From Antedon mediterranea (lineage: Eukaryota > Animalia > Echinodermata), in contig NC_092676.1 of NCBI RefSeq assembly GCF_964355755.1, positions 14,774,871 through 14,838,870 of the forward strand: a DNA stretch of 64,000 nucleotides, written 5' to 3'. Position 1 is the first letter of the stretch. Each line of letters opens with the position of its first letter. Made by a program: the position numbers and the translations under genes. Under the pieces are notes generated by a model, which was given only the letters and a program-made list of their open reading frames with translations, had not been told where the DNA came from and did not search any database. Shown in pieces: positions 52,842-64,000 of the stretch.

Positions 52842-53868
52842 TTTCATGGTATTGTTCGAACTCGATTGGATAGCGACTCTTTAACATTCTCGGCGTGGTA
52901 CTGTAAATTATAGAAACAGTGCTCATATTCGGAACATGATCTCATAATCACGTCGAGCATAGCTCATTGGCAAAAGTTCCGTATTTTTTAGTTGTATGAT
53001 ATATATATATATATAATATAGGCCTAATTCGACATTATTGAGTATCCTGTAAAAGAGGAAAACACGTTTCTTGTCACATGATGCAGGATCCCAAAGAAAA
53101 ATATAACAAGAACAACAAACAACTACAAAGCAACAAAAACATTTCAGAAAGAAATAGCATTTCCTATTACATTTCGTCAAAATGTTCCATTACAATGAAT
53201 ATAAATATTATACGCTCCGAGTACCAATATATTGTTGATAGACCAAAGGGTTACGGAGATAGGGCCAATTGGGCACCATTTTGATCTTGGGGCTGTTACC
53301 ATGGTTACGGGATCGTGAAAATTTGTTACCTAGCATTTTTGGTATCCTAGCACCATAATAAAGTGAAATCAAGTGAAATCTCACTTTGGGCATTAAAATC
53401 CTACGAAGACCTTGACCATGACCTTGACTATGACCTTGACTATGACCTTGACTATGGATTAAATCAGTTTTTACATTTCAGTTATTCACATTAATTTCAT
53501 TCCAGGTTTTTTAGTTGGAATCAGAACTCCAAGTATTTCCAAGGTTTTTCTGATGTAAAGGGTAAAAGAAATTTTTTTTTTTTTTTTTCATTTTCTGGAA
53601 TGACAATTTTTTTGGATATATAATCTTACAATATCCATATTTTTATTGAAAACATCGTAGCATACATGTAATTGACGCGAGACTAAATAAACCGAATGAT
53701 ATTATGCAAACACAAATAGTATACAAATCTGGAAGACTAGGATAGAGGGACAAGGAATTTGGTAAAAAATTTAAATATTATTAAAACAATTATTTTGGTA
53801 TTGCTTATTTAAAATTGTTAATTTGTTCACCATTTCGAGTTTCATTCAAGCTGTGTATGTTTACTTAC

Positions 53869-53992
53869 CAGAATATTCTGATTTTACATTTTGATGCTGA
53901 TAAGGTAACTGGTTCTTATTATCCCTTTGAGGGATTACGTCAATCTCTAAAGCTGATACTTTCTGTTCAAGTCGTTCAATCTCCACTTCACA
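53869..53992 (-). CDS. GABBR2: GABA-B R2-like exon (coiled coil)
   Basis: AG/GT bounded, 124 bp: CEVEIERLEQKVSALEID...; phase-compatible with both neighbours. Confidence 0.8.
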
Positions 53993-55043
53993 CTGGAATA
54001 ATACAAAGATATTAATATAACTAACCTAATGTGCATGTGTGTCGTTATTTGACATTTAGAGTTCATGGAAATGAAAGCAATTTATCACGTAAGATATAAA
54101 GAACAATTAGGCCTATCGACTGTGAAATGAACTTTTTGCGTTACTTACGTGCTATGCGCACACAAAATGCGCGCATGACAAATTAGAAAATTTGTTTATT
54201 TTTTAACATTTTTAAACGCTCAAATGATGATGCTCTAATTTGATTAGAAATAAAATGTCAGATAATTTCAGATAATCTAACAAAATCTCTGTAGAAAGAA
54301 ATGACTAAGAAGAAGAAAACAGATTTATACAATAACAATAGATGATCATTTTATTCTAAATGATCACCTAATAAAGATTTATACAATAACAATAGTCACG
54401 TCCGATTTTAACAGCAAATCTTTACTTTGGATGATAAAAAGTAAAACCGTGGTTTGGTAACTTACGACGTCGAATGTGTGGTGTGTGTTTTTGCAAAAAA
54501 TAATTATTATCATAATATTGAAATTATTATTAATTATTATAATAATAATAATATCAATCAACGTAAAAGAGAATGGACGTTTCATAGACGCTTGTGCTAG
54601 AGATAAATCCTTATTTGAGGTGTCAATGGTGGATTTGGAGATCTGGTTGACTGGTCAAATAGTTGTACAAGATTACATTCTTCCATTGCTTAGTTGAGTT
54701 TTATTGTACTGGCATTTTGAGAGAGAAAGTTTGTATTTAGATCGCCAATGAGAATGTAGTCGTTCTCATGGACTTACTTCTTCGTAATACGAAATTGTGG
54801 CTGATGTACGACGCGTCGTAGTTACAATGAGAAATTAATTGAAATCGGTATACATTTTCCGGGAACAAGTACGCATGTTGAATTGTAAACAAGTAAACCC
54901 CACCCAACAAATCCGGGACCGAGTGTTATACACCAAATACGCTGTCTGTTAAGTTTAGTTGCGATCTCAGTTTACACCTAACATAATATGAGGGCCATGC
55001 ACATCACATCAAAACCCTAGGACTACATTTCTAATTATCATAC

Positions 55044-55196
55044 CTGTTGTAATCTTTTTTCTGCTGAGCTGTTTTCAGAGGTAAGCTTTTCTATTTTTTT
55101 CCCATTATCATTTACCGAATGGAGTGGTGTACGTTCAGATCGTATTACAGCCCTTACTCGGTCATTTGCATTGGGATTTTTCTGTAATTCAATGAT
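55044..55196 (-). CDS. GABBR2: GABA-B R2-like exon (proximal C-tail)
   Basis: AG/GT bounded, 153 bp, phase 0-0: IIELQKNPNA...SAEKRLQQ. Confidence 0.85.
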
Positions 55197-55269
55197 CTAA
55201 AAAAAATATAATTGCAAAGATTCGGTTATATATTGTAATATTAAATGTAAATATAGGTTATTAAAGATA

Positions 55270-56420
55270 ATTTTGACAAATGGCGCTGAGCTCTGCCAGA
55301 CCAAAGGGCTACCTCTAATACAAAACAATCAATTGGCTTCCTCAAAATTCTAGTAACAGACACCAGTGAGTATCAAAACAGTACCATCCATAATCTGTAC
55401 ACTTATTGATAACTTTATTAATTGCTTTAATCCAAAACTCTTCAATATACTTCTCTACTTTCAATATAAATTAATCAATCTCGGAATTAAAGAGCATGTA
55501 TAAAAGGCACTGTTTTGGGGAAAATAACAATAAAGTGAGTAGGCCCACTACAAACATCATCTGATTTATGAATTTAATGTCAACATGAAGGTTAACGGTA
55601 AGCATAATTTCAATTCACGGGAAATAAATGAAAAACTTTAAAAAATTGTTAAATAGATTGTGTCTACTTCGTTAAAATCAATTTACCTAACGTACCTTTT
55701 TTTATTAGCTATTGAAGTTCTTTCGTGTAAAATTAGAAATGACAACAGAATAAAAGGAATAAATGTTGGAAATAGAGAAATTCAATTAGTTCAAAGCTAA
55801 ATCTATGGAAATCCAGAAATCTTACCTTGGCCGGAAAAAATTGTATTAATTAAATGTTATGGCATTTTTAATGTTATACATCTTGAATCATGTATTTCGG
55901 TCTCAGATAATGTTATAAAGGAAGTACAGTCTATTTGTTATAATTTTGTTATGGAGAGGAGGAAAGGGTATGGTAAAACAAACACAATTATTGGTACAAT
56001 TGAGGATGGAGGCCTCAACATGATTGATGTTACATCTTTTATTAAGGCTTTAGGCCTACAAGTCAAATGGGTACAACGTTTTTATTCAGAAAACTTTGCT
56101 GTTTAAGGAAACTGTTTTTTAAAGTCTTTACAGCTAAATGGGTAGTGATGTTTAATTTAATTGTAATATTGACAACACATTTGTAAGGTCATGGCAAATT
56201 TTTTCACAATTTTGTGAAGATATAATTAATACTTATATAGATTTGACGAAACCAGAAGGATAGACGTACATTCACAAATTGTATGGAATAATAGTTTTGT
56301 CAAAATAGGTGGTAAAACGGTTTTGTGAAAATATGTTTTTAAAGAATGGTATTATATTAGTACCGTAAGTGATCTCTATAATACTGACAAATTGTTTAAT
56401 GACAACCCATAGGCTATTTC
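55270..56420 (+). mobile_element. Decayed L1/Tx1-like LINE RT remnant (intronic)
   Basis: Fragments YLFLLAIEVLSCKIRNDNRIKGI, WKSRNLTLAGK and EDGGLNMID. Confidence 0.65.
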
Positions 56421-57402
56421 GAATGAATATTGTTGAAACAAATCCTTGCTCATACTGTAAAATGAATTTTTTTTAAAAATTATAAAACCATCATTTTGGG
56501 ATATGACGTTAATAATAATACTGATATTATTGAAATTAAGCATATTAATTATTAAACCATTGATCTTCACTTGTAGAAGCAGACCATACTCTTTAAACTT
56601 GGATCACTTTTTGCGAAATCTTCATTTTCATTTTACAATGGAACACCAGAGTATTAGATACAAGGAATCAGAATTTAAAAAGAAATGGAAGCTTTTGTGT
56701 GAAATATTTGTACATTTACGATTGCAATCAAAAGGAATGAATACGATTTTGCGATATATTGCGTGATTTGGGGTTAAAAAAAATTTTTTTTTTGCTTGCT
56801 TATAACAATTGTTATTATTTAAGTGATTTGTGATGCTTTTGTGTTGTTTTTTTTTGTCTTTGGAAATCTTTAAAAAGAAAATAGATATAAAAAAAAAACT
56901 CTTAGCCTTAGCGGTTTTTGGTTCACATGTCGTATTCCGGTGTTTTTTTTTGTAATGTTTCATTAGAGCAAATATAATTATTTCACTTCAATGTTTACTT
57001 TTTAATCAAAACAAACACTATCTAAACAAGGAAAAGACCCATTGCACCAATAAGTCTATTGAATGTTGATAAAAAACAGCCGCAATGAAAATAAAATCGA
57101 AATTTCCGGAAATAATTCACTTCGATCAAACTGTTAAAAAATAGTATATAGGTATATATTTGATATAATCGAGCAGAGGAAAAAGAATCTACAGAATATT
57201 CTCCTTCTCATTGATAACGTTTAGTGTAAATTTTCATGACATCTTGGTGGTTTATTGAAATTGACATTTTTGAGAAAATTGCCACACAACAATACGTAAT
57301 AACAATATTTGACATTTTTTAAACAAGAAAATCACGTAATAAATAAATGAACAAACATTGTAAATGATCATTATTATTAAATTAAATTAATGTTATATTT
57401 AC

Positions 57403-57627
57403 CTTAGGAACGAAAACTAGTCCTAATGTAAGAGAAGAGCAAAAGATAATGAAAGCAGAGATGATTCCGAACGCAGCATTAGGGCTGTTTTCTATCATAA
57501 ACATGAGGGCGGCGCCACATACACACAGAAGCATTACGTTGTACACACACATTCCGATATATTTACTGTCATTTAATGCAGGAATGCTGACGTGCCGTGT
57601 TGACCATGCAAGTAAACAACCAAACGT
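57403..57627 (-). CDS. GABBR2: GABA-B receptor subunit 2-like, exon (TM5-TM7)
   Basis: AG/GT bounded, 225 bp: [31 protein letters not shown]...[10 protein letters not shown], carrying the GABA-B R2 signature [13 protein letters not shown]. Confidence 0.95.
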
Positions 57628-57999
57628 CTGGTAAAAATAAGCAATGCTATCATTAACTAGGATTCGTTCACTTCACAATTTTATAGTAAAACAAATATAT
57701 GTAAAATGTTAATTATTGGTTATTAAAATTATTATTATTATTATTATTCGTTATGATTAAACAATTATTTATTTATATACAAATTCAGTCAAAACTACAT
57801 TAACATTAGAAAGATATTAAGAATATACGAATTAAATAAATATGATTTTATAAAAATATCGGTATTATCATTTATAGTAAAAAAATATACAATTTATATT
57901 AAAATATATATATATATATTTATATAACATTTTGATTATTAAATGTATTAAAAAGTCAAATAAAATCCGTAAAATGTATGAATTGTTTAATTAGCTTAT

Positions 58000-59450
58000 G
58001 ATTTAAATAAAAACATATCAGTTATGACGTTCAGCTTGGCAATCAAATATGGAATAGTACTTTGTAGCGCGATGTTTTGCATTTCGGTAATTTAATTTGC
58101 CAGCATTATGTAGCTTCATTTTATGGCCAATGTTGTTGAATTCTGGTAAGAAGTGCCGATGTCTTTCAGATGTCGGAAATTGTTTACCGAATTTGATCGC
58201 GAGTGAAGCTCTTCTATCTGCTAGCTTGGGAATGCTGCTGTATATGATTTGTAACCAACCCCCATTTATGATGCGCACTGATCTCTTCTGTATATATTCA
58301 AGATGCTCAGACTGATGTTGTGATGTGGAGGAGTGCCAGACTAGGCAGCAATACTCGATAACAGGTCTCACATAGGTTTGATAGGCCTACGTGTAGATCA
58401 AATCCTTCCCCGAGACACCAAATTTCTGTAGTATATAAAGCATGTATAATCTTTTGGCAGCACACTCAACAATGTCATATCCCATTTCAGGTTGCTTTGC
58501 AGTGTTACTCCCAGTAATTTACCATTGCACCTAGTTTCCTCAATGCCAGCATTATCTATATTAATTCTGGTAATTCTAGTTTGTTTTAAGTAAACCCAAC
58601 ACGTAATGTATTGCACTTTGTGGGTTTAGGTGTCATACCATTGGATATACACTAGACAGCAAGGACTGGCTTGAGAAGCATTTACTACCGACGTGATGCT
58701 CGCAATTGTAAGGTCATCCACATACGTCCATCTATATACAGATCTATCTAACAACATGTTATGGTGTTAGATGTAGACAAGTTTCCCATTGATCTCACTC
58801 TCTGGCACCTTTCCTGTAGAAAACATACAAAGGAGATGAGCGAAAGCCTAATATTCCATGTGATCAACTTCTTCACCACGATAGTATGGTTTATGTGGTC
58901 AAATGCTCCACAGTACATACTGTTGCCATTTGACCTGGTTTGTCCAAACCCTTATGAAGGAAGTTGATCAACTGTATAAGATAGTGGTTAGTGAAACCGA
59001 ATTGTTGGCTATCGAGTTGATTTGAAAAGGCTGACGTAATCTATCTAGACACAAATTAATCTCTGTAGAATACGTGCAAATAGCGATGTCAAAGATATTG
59101 GTCGCATTTCATCTGGTCATCTAGCAATTTTAGATTTTGGGACTGCTGTGATAATGGCTTCTTTCTATATGTTTGAAAAGACGCTCTTTTCCAGCCAGCA
59201 ATTAAATATATTAGTAAGCGGTAAAGTCAACTCAAAAGCAAACTTTTTAATGATTCTTCTTGGTATATCAATATCATGAGTAGCCTTGGTGACAAAGTTT
59301 ACATAACTATTGATAGACCTGACCCTCATATATTACAGGTGGTGATCTTGAGGGAAGATAATATGTAGGTAGTTGGGATGTGATTGCATATGTCAGCGAA
59401 ATGCGTACTCAAATCCTTTGTTGTTTCTTGTCTTCTGTTGCCTGGATTTA
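58000..59450 (-). mobile_element. Decayed CR1/L2-group LINE RT remnant (intronic)
   Basis: RPVIEYCCLVWHS, LEYIQKRSVRII, KLLGVTLQSNLKWD, RPISLTS. Confidence 0.75.
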
Positions 59451-60344
59451 TATTTGAATTGTATTTAAGCTACAATAAATCCACTCTGTAAATAGGCAAT
59501 ATTTATTTATTCTTTTCACAGATTGATTATGGGGAAATTCTTGGGTTAAGCCTAATATTAGTACTAACACTAATAGTATAAATAAAGTCAGGCGATAAGC
59601 CTGAATGAATGAATGAATGAATGAATAGTAGTACAAAACATAGCCAAAATAACTCCATAACAGAATTATTATTAACTGGATGGTTCTTGAATACTTCGGC
59701 GTAAATAACTGGCAAATGTACACAATGATCTATGTGTAGGCCTATCGCATAACTATACCTGTGGTTTATGTAGTCAAATAAAAATCGTACCCTGAGAATT
59801 ACCTCCAAAAGAGAAACTCAAAATGAGTCAAAATTAAAAAATCAAATTTAAACGACCAATCGTGTGTTTTGGCTATCGCTAACCGAATACTCGTGTCACA
59901 TTTGATGAATGTAGGGGTGGTACCATACGTTTTATATCATTCAACTTTTCTTATTGTTATGATTAATTGACGGTCAAGTAGTGGTCAAGTAAATGACTGT
60001 GGAAGTTTTTGAAATATATTTCCCAAATAACTAATAAAGTTCAAATGATTAATCGTATTTCATATTTTATAGCAATGTGTACGTGTCATGCCAAAAACAG
60101 ACGGTAACAAGGTGCCTATATTCTATAGGATCTACCTCTTATTTTTCTAGGCCTACTAAATTATAATAATCAACTTGTATTACATAAACAAATACTATAA
60201 TATGGTCAAGGGCGTAACTAGCGACAAATAATTGAGTATTTTGCGGGCCAGAAGGAACCCAAGCAGTTTACGCGCATACACATATGAAAATACATCTACA
60301 ACAACTGGATCTGTCCGCCAACTAAGCAACAACACTAAACACCT

Positions 60345-61030
60345 AAATATTGGACTATGGAACGCAAGGTCCTTGCCAAACAGACTTGGTTTTGGATCAT
60401 AACTTGGATATATGTGCGTTGACTGCTGAAGAATGGTTGATGGATGATATAGCAGATCGGGTTGTTTCAGGAACCTTAACGACAGTACTCAGTGGTTTTT
60501 AGTTAACTCGTAAGAAGAGGTGTGGTGAGATCAGCTGTACAACATTTCTTGAGGGTTTCTTTCACGAAAACGTGTTTGTGATGAATCTTTCACATCATTC
60601 GAATGTATTAAGCAAAGCATGACCACTAGCACTGGATGTGAGTCTTTCCGTATTGTTTGACTCGATCGCTGAGAAACAACATGGACTTCAATCTGACCAT
60701 GCTCTGATCATCTGTACTACTATATCTATGCCACACTGTCCTTCTCCTGTTCGGAGGGTGATTACCAGCCGACATTTCAAAAAACTCAATGTTGACTTAT
60801 TCGTAACTGATGTTAAAAGAATGTAAATTGGGTACCTCAACAGAAGATGAAACTTTTTTCGAACCATGTCATAACCAATGATCAGTCACTAAGTGCCTGG
60901 GCTCTCGTGACAACTGAAGAGGTAAGGAAAATTGTAGCAGATTCACCTTGCAAATCAAGTTCTCTGCCAGCTTGGCTTTTCAAAGTATGTAGTGATGCTC
61001 TTTTCCCAGCTATAATAACTACAACTGTAC
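60345..61030 (+). mobile_element. Highly decayed LINE fragments
   Basis: GLWNARS, SDHALI and KSSSLPAWLFKVC-like pieces. Confidence 0.5.
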
Positions 61031-61188
61031 AATCAATATTTAAGGCAGTTCTTGATTCTTGTGATAGAGTTCTGTTGGATGGATACATAATATTTGTGTA
61101 TCATCTGCATATGCGACATATTGCAGTTGATTGATGATATCCTCAACCTGTATACAGGTTAAAAAGTACTGGTCCGAGAACCGATCAT

Positions 61189-61438
61189 TGGGGCACACTG
61201 AACATTTGCACGCGAAACGACACGTGTCAGATCGAAGCAAGTCGCGCAAAGCTTAAAGAAGTTACCCGCAAAGCATTTGCGAGCTCCAAGTCATCACCGC
61301 GTTTAAGCTGAAAATCGATTGACGCCTATACTCTACACGTCACATTCGATAAATACACTGAAATCGTTCGTCGCGTCAACATTACGATTCGATTTGACGC
61401 GTGTCGCTTCACGTGTGGGTTGTTCAGTGTGCACCAGT
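61189..61438. mobile_element. Small degenerate MITE
   Basis: gcacactgaaca...cgacacg.gtca.atcgaa mirrored at 61387-61437. Confidence 0.65.
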
Positions 61439-61447
61439 CTTTAATTA

Positions 61448-62214
61448 AACAAGGCCAACAGCCATTAAGTCGCGTGCTACAATGCATAGTGATACCGGAC
61501 CGACAGACAGACCGACAGACAGACCGACCGACATAGTGAACTATAGAGTCGCGTCCACGCGACTAAAAAGGCATAATTTTGACGAATTTTTTAACTTTTG
61601 CTCATATGACGTAATTTTAAGTCGAAATTGTTTAAAAGTTGGTAAAATTATTATAAAAGGCTGCAAAAACATAAATCACGCGAAAAAAGTATGTATTTAA
61701 CGCTACGTGCGCACCGTGCGCGTAAACATTTGCGCGCGTATGGGAATTTTTGAAATGCTCAAAATGACAAGAAACGCGTAGAAAGTTGATTAAAAAATAA
61801 TTTTGCGCATTTTAAAATTTTAAATGCGCGTGCGCGCGTAACATTGTGTAAAACACACATTTTTTTTCAACAGAAAGTTAGCGCCTGATATAAATTAAAC
61901 TTTTGCAAAGTTTCAATTTAAAATGTTATTTGGTTTTTGACCTATGTTAAATACAAGAAAATCGTTAAATCGCGCGTAAATCACGTTGCGCAACTCTAAC
62001 GTCATTCACAATAGGAGGTGCACAATTTCACGTAAATGCCCACATGTTGACATCAAAACAGTTCAAAAAGTACAGAAAAGCGATAAAACGCATAGTGATA
62101 CCGGACCGACAGACAGACCGACAGACAGACCGACAGACCGACAGACAGACAGACCGACAGACCGACAGACAGACCGACATAGTGAACTATAGAGTCAAGT
62201 CCACGCGACTAAAA
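61448..62214 (-). mobile_element. HINE/DINE-1-like element(s) with (GACA/GACC)n microsatellite
   Basis: Two units ending catagtgaactatagagtc..gtccacgcgactaaaaa with a subterminal inverted repeat; related gtcgcgtg motif at 61469. Confidence 0.65.
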
Positions 62215-62230
62215 ATATTGGTTTACTCAC

Positions 62231-62338
62231 CATCAGAGCGCCTTTGTATACATAAAGTATAGAGAGCCAAACATTCTTAAAATTGCTGACACATGCGTAG
62301 GCGATGGGTTCAATAAGTACATCTCTACCTTCTTCCAC
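62231..62338 (-). CDS. GABBR2: GABA-B receptor subunit 2-like, exon (ECL2-TM5)
   Basis: AG/GT bounded, 108 bp: VEEGRDVLIEPIAYACVSNFKNVWLSILYVYKGALM. Confidence 0.9.
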
Positions 62339-62783
62339 CTATAATTAGAATGCATGCAATAATATTAATATTATTAAGCAAAAATGGCTGCTTGGTCTAA
62401 TACCAGTAATAGTGATCCAAGTAACTAATTTAATATTAAGATGACACTTGCCTAATTAGTTTAATTTCAAATAATAACGCATCATTGTTCAATGAATATT
62501 TCGAATCATTCATAGTATGGTGTAAAAATTATTTTCTTTAACTAAATGCCAAAGAAATTAAAAGGTTAATGCTGACTTAAGGAGATTCATCACTGTACAC
62601 AGCATGTAATTTATTTAATCAAAAACAAAAGATATTAACTAATCATTAAATTTATTTAAATATTTATCACATTTTATTATTTATTAATTCTATTAAGGGA
62701 TAAATAAAATCTCAATAATTATTTCAATTTTCAATAAAGTTAAATATTGAAATACTACATTTGATATTAGCTGTTATTATTAC

Positions 62784-62906
62784 CTTTGGTTCAAGGTACT
62801 GTTTCGCAACATGCATTGGATCTAAAAGTTGCCACGCAATCAAAACTATCGCGTCAATTACGAGCATTACTGCAACCATGATAATGAGATGTCCATCTTT
62901 TATTAC
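62784..62906 (-). CDS. GABBR2: GABA-B receptor subunit 2-like, exon (TM4)
   Basis: AG/GT bounded, 123 bp: VIKDGHLIIMVAVMLVIDAIVLIAWQLLDPMHVAKQYLEPK. Confidence 0.9.
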
Positions 62907-64000
62907 CTGTAAATAATAGCTTATTGTTATACGACAGAAAATATGAGCTTACTGATAAAAAATAAGCATATATGTAAGAGAACAAGTTAACAGGATAGTC
63001 AAAACAGCTATAGAGTTTGAGCGTGATTATTATAATTATAATTCTTAATGCCAGATAAACATTAAACAAACAATTTCATAATAATAATAGTAAATATTTA
63101 TATAACAAATAGTATAAATCCAAAGGCAAATTAGTGAAAAAATGACAATGCTGTGGGTATCAGTGACTGGATCTCAATGGAGATACAAAAAAAGCAAAAG
63201 CTAAATCAAAAACAGCCAGAAAAGTTAGCAGAGCTTTCGGGCAACACTAGCCCTTTACATTTTGTATTTGGAAACATTGTTGATTTTCTTTATTTGAATG
63301 TATCTTGACATTATACGTGGGTATTCCTACGATTTTTCAAATTCAGCAAATCAATTTTTATTTCTTTCCTATTGTAAATGTAACTTGTTTGTTATTTAAA
63401 GTTGCTTCCCATTGTAGTCATGCAATGTGACAAAAATATTTATAACTTGTGGTATTAGTAACCATATATATTGGTTCATCTGCAAAAAAATTGCAAAGAA
63501 GCTGATTTCAACGGATTTGTGTAGGTATAGGTATACAGATATACCAAAAAAAAAGTAAGAAAAGATAGGGGGTGGGGAACGTATTTTTTTGGGGTGTTAA
63601 AGGTCATTGACCACCAAAATTATGGTTACTATATGCAAGTGACAGGTTGGTAAATAATGTGTGATTTATATCAAATCAGATCGCCGCACATTCGAATGGC
63701 CCACCAGATTTCCGACTTTAAGATGGAGAAATAATTGAGAATTAAACAATTACAAAAAAAACACGTGGTGTGTTATTAAATAGGCCTAAATGTTTTGTAT
63801 TCTTTGAATAGAACAGTCAACTCAGAAAATATTCTTTCTATTCAACTCTAATACACATTCATTACTATTTTGTACATCACATTGCTAAATCGTAATAATT
63901 AATTTTATGTAGACAGTGTTATAAAACAAATCACAAACCTTTTTTTTCATTTTAACATTAGTAAAAATCCTGTAAACACGCCATGTTTTACAAAACATTG

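Noticed and set aside
52353-52926. Duplicated small ORFs (TTPRMLKSRYPIEF...)
   Set aside because: Incidental translations of the tRNA-like repeat.
59527-59808. 93-aa minus-strand ORF as a GABBR2 exon or a 2A-like peptide
   Set aside because: The flanking receptor exons join directly in phase without it; the NPR motif is too degenerate; probably LINE leader sequence.

Overview
AT-rich animal genomic DNA. The histone sequences, TAGGCCTA-rich spacers and Deu/CORE-type SINEs suggest a marine deuterostome such as an echinoderm (inference). Positions ~9.9-30.4 kb hold a replication-dependent histone unit (H1-H4-H2A-H3-H2B) arranged as a giant fold-back palindrome. Its inner arms, 13659-20625 and 22075-29041, mirror around a 1449-bp spacer that holds only the 3' tail of H1. 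H2A, H3 and H4 are intact twice, while both H2B copies and H1 are broken. The mirror continues outward through 10292-10694/29960-30367 and probably 3458-5437/34327-34741. It is interrupted by arm-specific DNA transposons, two of which hit the same target site in opposite arms. The region carries many nested TIR elements (hAT-, P-, PIF/Harbinger-, MULE-, Academ-, Kolobok- and Tc1/mariner-like). A very young LTR element encodes only an HhH-domain Gag and a protease. From 50.4 kb to the window end lie seven minus-strand exons of a GABA-B receptor subunit 2-like gene that the ORF track largely misses; its introns carry LINE/SINE/HINE remnants and a repeat with an intact tRNA-like cloverleaf (anticodon ATC). 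Superfamily labels rest on termini and TSD length only. No alignments or database searches were run.
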